From a virus, in IMG/VR virus record IMGVR_UViG_3300043409_001318, positions 64,001 through 128,000 of that record: a stretch of DNA of 64,000 bases; one strand, 5' to 3'. A program made the translations under genes and the position numbers. Below the pieces are notes generated by a model. That model searched no databases, was not told where the DNA came from, and saw only the letters and a list, made by a program, of their open reading frames with translations. Of this stretch, positions 1 through 6,893 are shown one piece after another (position 1 is the first letter of the stretch; each line of letters opens with the position of its first letter).

Positions 1-147
1 AAGCTGCTTGAAGAGATTATGCACGCTCTTTCTGCTGCTGAAGCTGAAGATATTTTCGACCATATTGAGCGTATGCACGATATCGGGGAAGAAGAAGAAG
101 AAGAAGAAGAAGAAGAAGAAGATTGGATTTGTGAAGGAACGCCTTGA
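1..147 (+). CDS. 5'-truncated small acidic early protein with poly-Glu tract
   Basis: Frame 1 is open from base 1 to TGA 145-147 (KLLEEIMHAL...IGEEEEEEEEEEEDWICEGTP); (GAA)11 at 88-120. Confidence 0.6.
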   Translation, partial: KLLEEIMHALSAAEAEDIFDHIERMHDIGEEEEEEEEEEEDWICEGTP

Positions 148-175
148 CGCTCTCTCTAAACTGATTAAGTAGAAG
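142..175 (+). promoter_or_regulatory. Early promoter-like motif CCTTGACG-N13-GATTAAGTAG
   Basis: TTGACG at 144; one of about 11 copies of the same motif, directly upstream of ORF 192. Confidence 0.65.
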
Positions 176-191
176 AAGAAGGAGAAAGAAA

Positions 192-374
192 ATGACGGTC
201 GCTCAGCTTCGTGCGCTTCTCGCTAATCTTCCCGATGATATGCGGATCGCTCTTTCCTATGAGGGTTCGGTATCTACGTTCATTTCTGGTTATACCTGCT
301 TTGAAGATGAACGCGGCAACGAGATTAGCGAAAGTGAGGCTACGTCAAGCGATTTTCTCGTTTTTGTTGAATGA
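192..374 (+). CDS. Hypothetical early protein (60 aa)
   Basis: ORF track; GGAG Shine-Dalgarno at 181; promoter motif upstream. Confidence 0.7.
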   Translation: MTVAQLRALLANLPDDMRIALSYEGSVSTFISGYTCFEDERGNEISESEATSSDFLVFVE

Positions 375-393
375 AAGAAAGAGGAAAGAAAAT

Positions 394-610
394 GATTGAC
401 GGACTTAGAGGTAATGGTTAATTGAAAGGGGCTGGAGAGAAAACCAGCAAGAAGAAGAAAAGAGAAAAAGACCCTTGACGAAGTTTGAGGGTCGGTTAAG
501 AAGAAAAGGACAACGTGAGGATTGAAAGCCCCTCACCAAAGAAAAAAGGTCAAGGCGGAAAGTTGAGAAACTTCCTTGACGCTCAGCCAAGAAAGGTTAA
601 GTAGAAAGGG
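394..610 (+). promoter_or_regulatory. Three tandem early promoter-like motifs (TTGACG at 396, 475, 576)
   Basis: Each TTGACG is followed after 13-14 nt by GGTTAA; there is no credible ORF between them. Confidence 0.65.
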
Positions 611-665
611 CTGGAGGGAATGGTTCCCAAAGGCTCAGCAACTCAAAGTCGATACGAGGTTCACA

Positions 666-1088
666 ATGGCCCGCGCGAACACCCCCTCTACCTACGCTTG
701 TGGTTCCTGCAACGAGTTCGGCCACAACAAGCGCACCTGCCCTGCTCTTGGTCTTGTCGCAAAGGCTAAGCCTGTCAAGAAGCCCCGTGCGAAGAAGGTT
801 GTTGAGGAAACGGTGACCGCTCCCGCTATCCCGCTCGCAACCGTGGAAGAGATTGAGGCTCTTCACGCGATGGTTGAAGCTCTTGTTGCCGCCGATGCGG
901 AGCAGGACGAGGTTAGCGAGGTTGAGGAAGAGATTGAGCCTACCGACGAAGAGCTTAGCGAGATCGAAATTGCGGAGGTTGATGCTGCCTTTGAGGCTGA
1001 GACTGAGGAAGAGACTTTCGATGCCTCCGACGTTACCGACGAAGAGGCCGATGCTTTCCTCGATCAGTATGCTGCGCTCTTCGCCTAA
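666..1088 (+). CDS. CCHC zinc-knuckle protein with basic linker and long acidic C-terminal tail
   Basis: CGSCNEFGHNKRTC = C-x2-C-x4-H-x4-C; start reassigned to ATG 666 (GAGGT SD), because the ORF-track start at 576 is the -35 box of a promoter. Confidence 0.75.
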   Translation: MARANTPSTYACGSCNEFGHNKRTCPALGLVAKAKPVKKPRAKKVVEETVTAPAIPLATVEEIEALHAMVEALVAADAEQDEVSEVEEEIEPTDEELSEIEIAEVDAAFEAETEEETFDASDVTDEEADAFLDQYAALFA

Positions 1089-1201
1089 AAGTTGAGAGAT
1101 ATTAAGAGGTTGGAGGTTCAAAAGGCTTCCAGCCTCTTTTTCTTTTAGTGAGAGAGGAATTATCAAGTTCCCTCCAAGGTTTTTACAAATCTTCAAAGCC
1201 T

Positions 1202-1355
1202 CCTTGACGGTCTTTGAGGAGGGGTTAAGAAGAAAGGGTGAGGGTCGAAACCCCTCAGCAAGTTCCAAAGAGGGTCGAAAGGAAATCTTCAAAAGACCCT
1301 TGCGCCCCTTTGAGGAACGGTTAAGTAGAAAGTGTGGAGGGAATGGTTCCCAAAG
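1202..1355 (+). promoter_or_regulatory. Two tandem early promoter-like motifs (1204, 1300) plus leader hairpin GGGAA-TGG-TTCCC
   Basis: Same motif and spacing; the 21-nt leader is identical to 612-632. Confidence 0.65.
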
Positions 1356-1384
1356 CAAAACCCGCAATCAAGGTAATTCACCAA

Positions 1385-2470
1385 ATGGCTATCGACTTCA
1401 AGACCTTCCTTTCTATCGTTCCTTACGTTCTTGATGTGCGTAAGCCTGTTCTCATTCGCGGTCGCCACGGTATCGGCAAGAGCGAGGTTATCTATCAGAT
1501 CGCCCGTGAGCTTGGTCTGCCGGTGGTCGAACGTCGTGTTTCGCAAATGACTGAGGGTGACCTTCTTGGTATGCCTTCCGCTATCGGCGTGGAGATTGGC
1601 GGCAAGCGTGCGACTACTTGGGACGCTCCCGATTGGCTTCTTACCGCTTGTGCTCAGCCCGTCGTGATGTTCCTTGACGAAGTGGATCGCGGAACTACGG
1701 AGGTTCGACAGGGCATTTTTGAGCTTACTGATAGCCGCAAGATTGCCGGTGTCACGCTTCACCCCGGAACGCTGATTATTGCCGCTGTAAACGGAGGAAA
1801 TCACGGGTCGCAATACCAAGTTGGTGAAATGGACCCTGCTGAGCTTGACCGCTGGACTGCTTTTGACCTTGAGCCTACCGTAGAGGATTGGCTTACTTGG
1901 GCTAAGGACAACACCCACGGGCTTGTTTGGGACTTTATCAACCAAAATCGCAAGGATCTTGAGCACGGTGGCGATTTTGAGCCTAATAAGAAGTATCCTT
2001 CTCGTCGTTCGTGGAAGCGGTTGAATGATTGTCTCGTCGCTGGCAAGCTTACGACGGACGCGGCTACCAAGGCTTCAATCATTTACAACCTCGCTTGTGG
2101 ATTTGTGGGCTTTGAAGCGGCAGTTAAGCTCAAGTCTCACGTTGAAAACTACAAGGAGCAGGTTACCGTCGAAGATATCCTTGACGCTGGAAAGGTGAGC
2201 AAGACTAAGGACTTCACGGTTACCGATCACGCTGCGCTGGTCGAAAAGATCGCTCAGTCGGATCGTCTTAAGGTCGCTCTTGACGCTAAGATCCTGAAGA
2301 ACCTTGGTGCATATTGGCTTACCGTCCCCTCTGAGGTAAGCATGAAGCTCTACACGGAAGTTGGTCGTCAGTTCGTAAAGAACGCAGTTGCTATGCACGC
2401 AATTGAGATTGACGGCGTGAAGCTTGGTGGGCACCTTGCCGCGATGCTTGGAGCCAACCGCAACAAGTAG
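1385..2470 (+). CDS. MoxR-family AAA+ ATPase (AAA_5-like)
   Basis: Walker A GRHGIGKS, Walker B VMFLDE, sensor AAVN, Arg-finger region DPAELDRW, helix SRRSW; start set at ATG 1385 downstream of promoter and leader. Confidence 0.85.
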   Translation: MAIDFKTFLSIVPYVLDVRKPVLIRGRHGIGKSEVIYQIARELGLPVVERRVSQMTEGDLLGMPSAIGVEIGGKRATTWDAPDWLLTACAQPVVMFLDEVDRGTTEVRQGIFELTDSRKIAGVTLHPGTLIIAAVNGGNHGSQYQVGEMDPAELDRWTAFDLEPTVEDWLTWAKDNTHGLVWDFINQNRKDLEHGGDFEPNKKYPSRRSWKRLNDCLVAGKLTTDAATKASIIYNLACGFVGFEAAVKLKSHVENYKEQVTVEDILDAGKVSKTKDFTVTDHAALVEKIAQSDRLKVALDAKILKNLGAYWLTVPSEVSMKLYTEVGRQFVKNAVAMHAIEIDGVKLGGHLAAMLGANRNK

Positions 2471-2485
2471 TCGATAATCCCCATT

Positions 2486-2530
2486 AAACCCTCGCTTTTC
2501 CTTCGGGATTAGCGGGGGTTTTCTGCTTTT
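2486..2530 (+). terminator. Rho-independent terminator
   Basis: AAACCCTCGCT/AGCGGGGGTTT stem with inner c-TTCG-g hairpin and T-run, after the ATPase stop. Confidence 0.8.
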
Positions 2531-2611
2531 AATCCGCAAATTTCAAGGGCATTTCAGTTCTTGGAATGTGAAATGTGAAAGCCTTACGGGTGAGGTTCAA
2601 GGGGCACCAGC

Positions 2612-3025
2612 AAGACCCCCGTTAGACCCTCTTGGAACGCTTATGAGCCCCGAAGAGCACAAGGGGTAGGGGCGAGTAGGAGCGAGGAAGAAGAAGCCCC
2701 ATATCGCAATAGGTTTAGCAAGTAGTTTTGGACCAACGCGCAACCTCTTTTAGAAGAAAAAGATCAGATAAAGCCCTTGACAAACCAAACTAAACTTTTG
2801 GTTTAGGTTCGTTATTGTAAAAAGCTTGTGAAGCCTCTTGACTTTTAGAAGATACAAAATGTCGTTAGTTCTCCACAAGTAACGCAAGATCGGAACACCC
2901 TTCCAGCCTGCCCCGTGGAGGAACCTGTAAGACCTCCGCTAAGGGCTATGGGAACGCTTATGGGAGCGATGAAGGGCAAAGGGTAGGGTAAGGTGGCTCT
3001 CCAAGGTCCACGAGGCTCATAAGCG
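2612..3025. repeat. Degenerate direct repeat pair plus inverted copy in a non-coding region
   Basis: GGAACGCTTATG at 2634-2645 and 2951-2962 with similar flanks; GCTCATAAGCG (3015-3025) is the reverse complement of 2638-2648. Confidence 0.6.
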
Positions 3026-3148
3026 AAATGGTGATGTTGAGAGAAGTTGGTGGGCTGTCAAGGGTAAAGAAGAAGAAAGTTGAAGAAAGTTTCTCCTTGA
3101 CGATCAAGGTGGACCCGTTAAGAAGAGTGCGAAGGAGAAAGAAAGAAA

Positions 3149-3325
3149 ATGGCAAAGCTCATCGGCATCTACCTCATCGCGGTTTCTCACCTTTCCAACA
3201 TCGTGCCCCTTGCAGTTCCCGAAGGCGAGGTTAGTGGAGGTGGCGCGGAGATCGAAGCGGTTTACCTTCCTGCTGGTTTCACCGGTCCTATCGTCGCTGC
3301 TCCTTTTGATGTCAAGGTCTTTTAA
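3149..3325 (+). CDS. Small hypothetical early protein (58 aa)
   Basis: Own translation MAKLIGIYLIAV...FDVKVF; promoter at 3097 and GGAG SD; below the ORF-track cutoff. Confidence 0.65.
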   Translation: MAKLIGIYLIAVSHLSNIVPLAVPEGEVSGGGAEIEAVYLPAGFTGPIVAAPFDVKVF

Positions 3326-3384
3326 GAAATAAAAAGTCCTTGCTCTTATCCACCAACCTGTTAATAGGAAGAAGAGGAGGGAAG

Positions 3385-3981
3385 ATGAACGGTCAAGAAC
3401 GGATAGCAGCGATCAAAGCTTCTGCTGGATGGGCTACGCTTTCTGCAAGGCATCAAGATTTCGTCAATTCTGTTGAGGAATTCGTCAAAACCCGTCCTCT
3501 TTCGATTGGTCAAGAAAGCTGGGTTGAACGTGTTGAAAATATGGTAGCCAACCCCGTCGATCCTTCTTGGTTTGACCTCAATAACGAGGAAAATCAAAAG
3601 AAGCGCGCTTATACTATCCAGCACTACAAGGCTGCGGGTTTTTATCACGTTCAAACTACGCGAATGGAAGCCGATCCTGCTTTTATGCCTAATAAAGAAC
3701 TTTGGGATAGAATGTGGGGAAACAAGTATATCAACGCGGCTTTTACGAGGTGGACAAAAGGATCGCGCTTCAAAATCGGCGATATGGTAGTCAATAAGTA
3801 TTTTACTCATTACTACGGAAAGATCGCGGTTGTTGAAAGCGTCAAGTGGAATAATTCGTGCTGGATTTATGACGCTATTGCGCTTAGTCCGGGCGAAAGT
3901 TGTCCTAATCCAAAAATGCAGATGATTGATGAAAAGCACTTGCTTCCTGCTTCTAATCGCAATCTTAAAAATCGTATCTAA
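3385..3981 (+). CDS. Hypothetical early protein with C-terminal 'FKIGD' small beta-barrel-like domain
   Basis: ORF 3340-3981; start moved to ATG 3385 (GGAGG SD); RFKIGDMVV motif. Confidence 0.7.
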   Translation: MNGQERIAAIKASAGWATLSARHQDFVNSVEEFVKTRPLSIGQESWVERVENMVANPVDPSWFDLNNEENQKKRAYTIQHYKAAGFYHVQTTRMEADPAFMPNKELWDRMWGNKYINAAFTRWTKGSRFKIGDMVVNKYFTHYYGKIAVVESVKWNNSCWIYDAIALSPGESCPNPKMQMIDEKHLLPASNRNLKNRI

Positions 3982-4063
3982 TCCTTAGTCGTCAAGGTCT
4001 TTCTCTAAAAAAGATTGACCTTGACGGCTTTTCATAGCGGGTTAACTTCAAGGAGGAGGAAAG

Positions 4064-4231
4064 ATGCAAGAAAGCTTCAAGAGCGAAGACCACACGGCTT
4101 TTTGCGATATGGTGCTTGGCTCCGATAATGGTTTTAGCGAGGGAGATTGTCAAGTTCTTTATCTTCATGCTCTTATGGAGAAGTGGGGCACGCCCCTTGA
4201 CAATCCCCGCGATAACGATAAACTCTTTTAG
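4064..4231 (+). CDS. Small hypothetical early protein (55 aa)
   Basis: Own translation MQESFKSEDH...DNDKLF; promoter at 4021 and GGAGGAGG SD. Confidence 0.65.
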   Translation: MQESFKSEDHTAFCDMVLGSDNGFSEGDCQVLYLHALMEKWGTPLDNPRDNDKLF

Positions 4232-4239
4232 GAGGTTCT

Positions 4240-4449
4240 ATGGCTAAGGCAAAGCATCCAATCCGCGTTTATCCTCTTATCCATGAAGTTGTGGAGGAAG
4301 TCAAGACTAATCGTTCAGCAAAGGTCACTTTCCTTGATCCTCGTATTGTCAAGGTTAGGTGGACTGATACTGATATTGTTGAAGAGTTGAGCCGTGAGCT
4401 TTTCTTTGATACAAATTTCCGTATCATCCAGCGTGTGACTTTTGCTTAA
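4240..4449 (+). CDS. Small hypothetical protein
   Basis: ORF track; TTGACA-N16-TAAACT at 4197-4224 and GGAGG SD. Confidence 0.7.
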   Translation: MAKAKHPIRVYPLIHEVVEEVKTNRSAKVTFLDPRIVKVRWTDTDIVEELSRELFFDTNFRIIQRVTFA

Positions 4450-4651
4450 GCCTGCTCCCGAACTTGGAACACCTGTTATAGCCCAAAATATTGAGGGTAA
4501 AAAGGATTATGGATATGTAGCCAGATTTATGGGAAACCCAAAGGATAAAGAAGGTCGATATTCAATCCTAATTACTTTTTATCAAGATCAGAATTCACGT
4601 TATTTCACGAATGGGGAGGAAGGTTCACTATGGTCCAAAATCCACTTGTAA
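4442..4651 (+). CDS. Small beta-barrel-like protein, array member
   Basis: PELGTPV start and W-x-K end, like the other array members. Confidence 0.55.
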   Translation: MLKPAPELGTPVIAQNIEGKKDYGYVARFMGNPKDKEGRYSILITFYQDQNSRYFTNGEEGSLWSKIHL

Positions 4652-4863
4652 ATATTGGAGATTTGGTATGGGTTAAAATCCAACTTGGAAAAGATCATTA
4701 TACTTCCTTGACGGCTTTTATTCTTTCGGTTAACCCTATTAATGTTGGACTTGGTGAATATATATCATCCTATCATGTTGAATATTTTGAGATAAATACT
4801 CCCGAAGGAACTACCCTTTATGGTGTTGACTATGGTAATAGGTGGGGGAAACTTGATACATAA
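4630..4863 (+). CDS. Small 'NIGDLV' SH3/KOW-like protein, array member
   Basis: VNIGDLVWV motif. Confidence 0.6.
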   Translation: MVQNPLVNIGDLVWVKIQLGKDHYTSLTAFILSVNPINVGLGEYISSYHVEYFEINTPEGTTLYGVDYGNRWGKLDT

Positions 4864-5080
4864 TATTGATGTTGGAGATCTTGTAGAAGTTAAATATAGT
4901 ATCAGTAGCACAAATTATACTTATCGATATGCTTACGTTACTGAAATTGATGTTCAAGTTGGAGCGCACCGAGCTTCTAATTCACACGCAAGCGATGGAT
5001 TTGTTGCTAAATATTTTGATGTAGATGATATTTGTTATCTTCTTTATAATCAAAATGGAAGCTGGTGGCAAAAGATATGA
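4820..5080 (+). CDS. Small 'DVGDLV' SH3/KOW-like protein (true start may be 4832 or TTG 4853)
   Basis: IDVGDLVEV motif. Confidence 0.6.
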   Translation: MVLTMVIGGGNLIHNIDVGDLVEVKYSISSTNYTYRYAYVTEIDVQVGAHRASNSHASDGFVAKYFDVDDICYLLYNQNGSWWQKI

Positions 5081-5274
5081 ATATGAGCGAACCAAAGGTC
5101 GGAGATATTATTAGTTATAAATCTTCTTTGATAGAGAAACAATATGGAATAATTGCTAAATTGCCTTATGGGGAAATTATGCACGTTGAATGGTTTGATC
5201 CAGCCAACGCAGAATTGATTGGAAATAAAATCTCAATTTGGGGATATGGTGAGATATGGCATATAGCAAATTAA
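5065..5274 (+). CDS. Small 'KVGDII' SH3/KOW-like protein
   Basis: PKVGDIISY...YGII...VEWF. Confidence 0.6.
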   Translation: MAKDMNMSEPKVGDIISYKSSLIEKQYGIIAKLPYGEIMHVEWFDPANAELIGNKISIWGYGEIWHIAN

Positions 5275-5480
5275 ATATTGGTGACTTGGTTGAAGTTATT
5301 GATGCGTCCAAATATGTCTTGACAACCGAACTTGGAATATATACAATTATCGAAGAACAAATAGGAGAAACATATACAACCTATCTTGCCGTTTTAATGT
5401 TTGGCGAAGAACAAAATAGAATTTGGATATTTCCATCACAGGAGAATAAATCATGGATAAAAGTTTCATCCGTGAATTGA
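5256..5480 (+). CDS. Small 'NIGDLV' SH3/KOW-like protein
   Basis: LNIGDLVEV motif. Confidence 0.6.
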   Translation: MAYSKLNIGDLVEVIDASKYVLTTELGIYTIIEEQIGETYTTYLAVLMFGEEQNRIWIFPSQENKSWIKVSSVN

Positions 5481-5677
5481 ATGTCGGACAAGTTGTTATG
5501 TATAAGGCAAGCCACGAGTTCAACAACCCTCCTATTGCTGCCTATGGTGTTGTTAGCGAAGTAAGCGACAAAGTATTTATTAAATGGTTTGACACCGATA
5601 AAGAAACTACATATGCTTTCAACACAATCCATAGACTATTGAGGGAGAAAATGTTGGAAATCGTATCGAAGGATTAA
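5453..5677 (+). CDS. Small 'NVGQVV' SH3/KOW-like protein
   Basis: LNVGQVVMY...YGVV...IKWF, ends EIVSKD. Confidence 0.6.
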   Translation: MDKSFIRELNVGQVVMYKASHEFNNPPIAAYGVVSEVSDKVFIKWFDTDKETTYAFNTIHRLLREKMLEIVSKD

Positions 5678-5875
5678 ATGAATATATTTAATATTGGCGA
5701 TATCATCATTCCCATTGAAGGGATTAAAGGAAATATATGGATTGTATTAAATGTAATAACTCCAGCCGTCGATAGCACTTCTTATTATGTTCTTCAAAAT
5801 TTAGAGGAAGAAGATGAAATAGAAGTATTGTATTGTAATCATATAGAGAAGTATTATGAGAGAGCCAATGAATAA
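5678..5875 (+). CDS. Small 'NIGDII' SH3/KOW-like protein
   Basis: FNIGDIII motif. Confidence 0.6.
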   Translation: MNIFNIGDIIIPIEGIKGNIWIVLNVITPAVDSTSYYVLQNLEEEDEIEVLYCNHIEKYYERANE

Positions 5876-6086
5876 TCAATTCAATGTAGGCGATATAATC
5901 CAATCAACTTATAGTGATGCCCATGATAATCATATTTACTTTCTTGTAATTGAAGCAACCCATATATCAAATGATAATCAGCTTTATAAGTTTAAGAATA
6001 TTGCTTATGATCTTGAACTAACTTATAGTTTTAATGATATTACTTATAAGAACTATGAATTAGTATCAAAAGCTCAAAGGGATTAA
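5856..6086 (+). CDS. Small 'NVGDII' SH3/KOW-like protein
   Basis: FNVGDIIQ motif, ends ELVSKAQRD. Confidence 0.6.
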   Translation: MREPMNNQFNVGDIIQSTYSDAHDNHIYFLVIEATHISNDNQLYKFKNIAYDLELTYSFNDITYKNYELVSKAQRD

Positions 6087-6292
6087 AATGAAATGTTTAA
6101 GATAGGGGATATCATCCAGCATAAATCTATTAATGATGATTATTACTATATTGTTCTTAATACATTCCATAGAGATACATATGAATTTTACACTCTATTC
6201 TCTTTTATTGAAATGAAGGAAGTACCCGTAAGAGCAAATCATTCTATACATTATAAGATAGTCTCAAAAGCTCAAAGGGATTAAAATGAAAT
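6061..6292 (+). repeat. 34-bp direct repeat at two consecutive gene junctions
   Basis: TAGT(A/C)TCAAAAGCTCAAAGGGATTAAAATGAAAT at 6061-6094 and 6259-6292 (1 mismatch). Confidence 0.85.
6093..6284 (+). CDS. Small 'KIGDII' SH3/KOW-like protein
   Basis: FKIGDIIQ motif, ends KIVSKAQRD. Confidence 0.6.
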   Translation: MFKIGDIIQHKSINDDYYYIVLNTFHRDTYEFYTLFSFIEMKEVPVRANHSIHYKIVSKAQRD

Positions 6293-6456
6293 TCAATATA
6301 GGTGATGTTGTTAAGGGTATGACAGAGAACGATGTTTATTGGATTATTATTGATATGGATAACACCAATTACTCTATAAAGCCTATTAACAATATAGAGC
6401 ATGTAACTATAAGGATGGCTATTACAAGAATAGATAGATATTGGGAGTGTTGTTAG
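6286..6456 (+). CDS. Small 'NIGDVV' SH3/KOW-like protein (56 aa)
   Basis: Own translation MKFNIGDVVKGM...RYWECC; below the ORF-track cutoff. Confidence 0.6.
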   Translation: MKFNIGDVVKGMTENDVYWIIIDMDNTNYSIKPINNIEHVTIRMAITRIDRYWECC

Positions 6457-6551
6457 TTATTTAATAAAACTTAACGAATGATAGAACTTCCAATTAATTC
6501 AAGGGAATAACATATAGTTAAATTTGTGAATTTATGGGGATAATTTGGCAC

Positions 6552-6580
6552 ATAATAGCCAAAAATAAATAGTTTGTCAA
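6552..6580 (-). promoter_or_regulatory. Leftward sigma70-like promoter TTGACA-N17-TATTAT, with CTATTTA in its spacer
   Basis: Reverse complement of 6552-6580. Confidence 0.5.
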
Positions 6581-6592
6581 GTAATAAAAAGC

Positions 6593-6646
6593 ATGTATCA
6601 TTAAAAATAAATGTATCATGTATCAACACTTATGTATTATGTATCA
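6593..6646. repeat. Five closely spaced ATGTAT(C/T)A octamers
   Basis: Copies start at 6593, 6611, 6618, 6632, 6639; further copies at 8158 and 8250. Confidence 0.75.
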
Positions 6647-6893
6647 TCGCAATAGTTAGAATACTCTTTAAGATCTTGTCAAGCCCTATCATCATAATAA
6701 AGTTTAGCAAGAGGTAGAAGAACAAAAGAAGTTCCTTGCGCCTATAAGGGAAAGGGTTATGTTCTTTGTGGGGAGGGAAGAAATCCTCTCAGCTTCCTTG
6801 AAAACTCAATAAGATTAAACGATAGAGATCCCTTGCAGCTTCTAATGATGGAAGCTATAAGGAAAAGGTCAATGAACCACTAAGGAGGCAACA

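Noticed and set aside
88-120. (GAA)11 microsatellite as a regulatory repeat
   Set aside because: It is in frame within a coding region and simply encodes a poly-Glu tract
405-2539. Long minus-strand ORFs (597-1367, 1289-1966, 1801-2082, 2075-2539) and similar ones at 3361-3939 and 7113-7703
   Set aside because: They are antisense shadows of well-supported plus-strand genes in the GC-richer region, where stops are scarce; no SD, promoter or recognisable motif
3028-3234. ORF-track entry MVMLREVGG...
   Set aside because: It runs through a promoter motif; the SD-supported gene is 3149-3325 in another frame
4442-6456. Diversity-generating retroelement behind the small-ORF array
   Set aside because: No reverse transcriptase, and no template/variable repeat pair differing specifically at adenines
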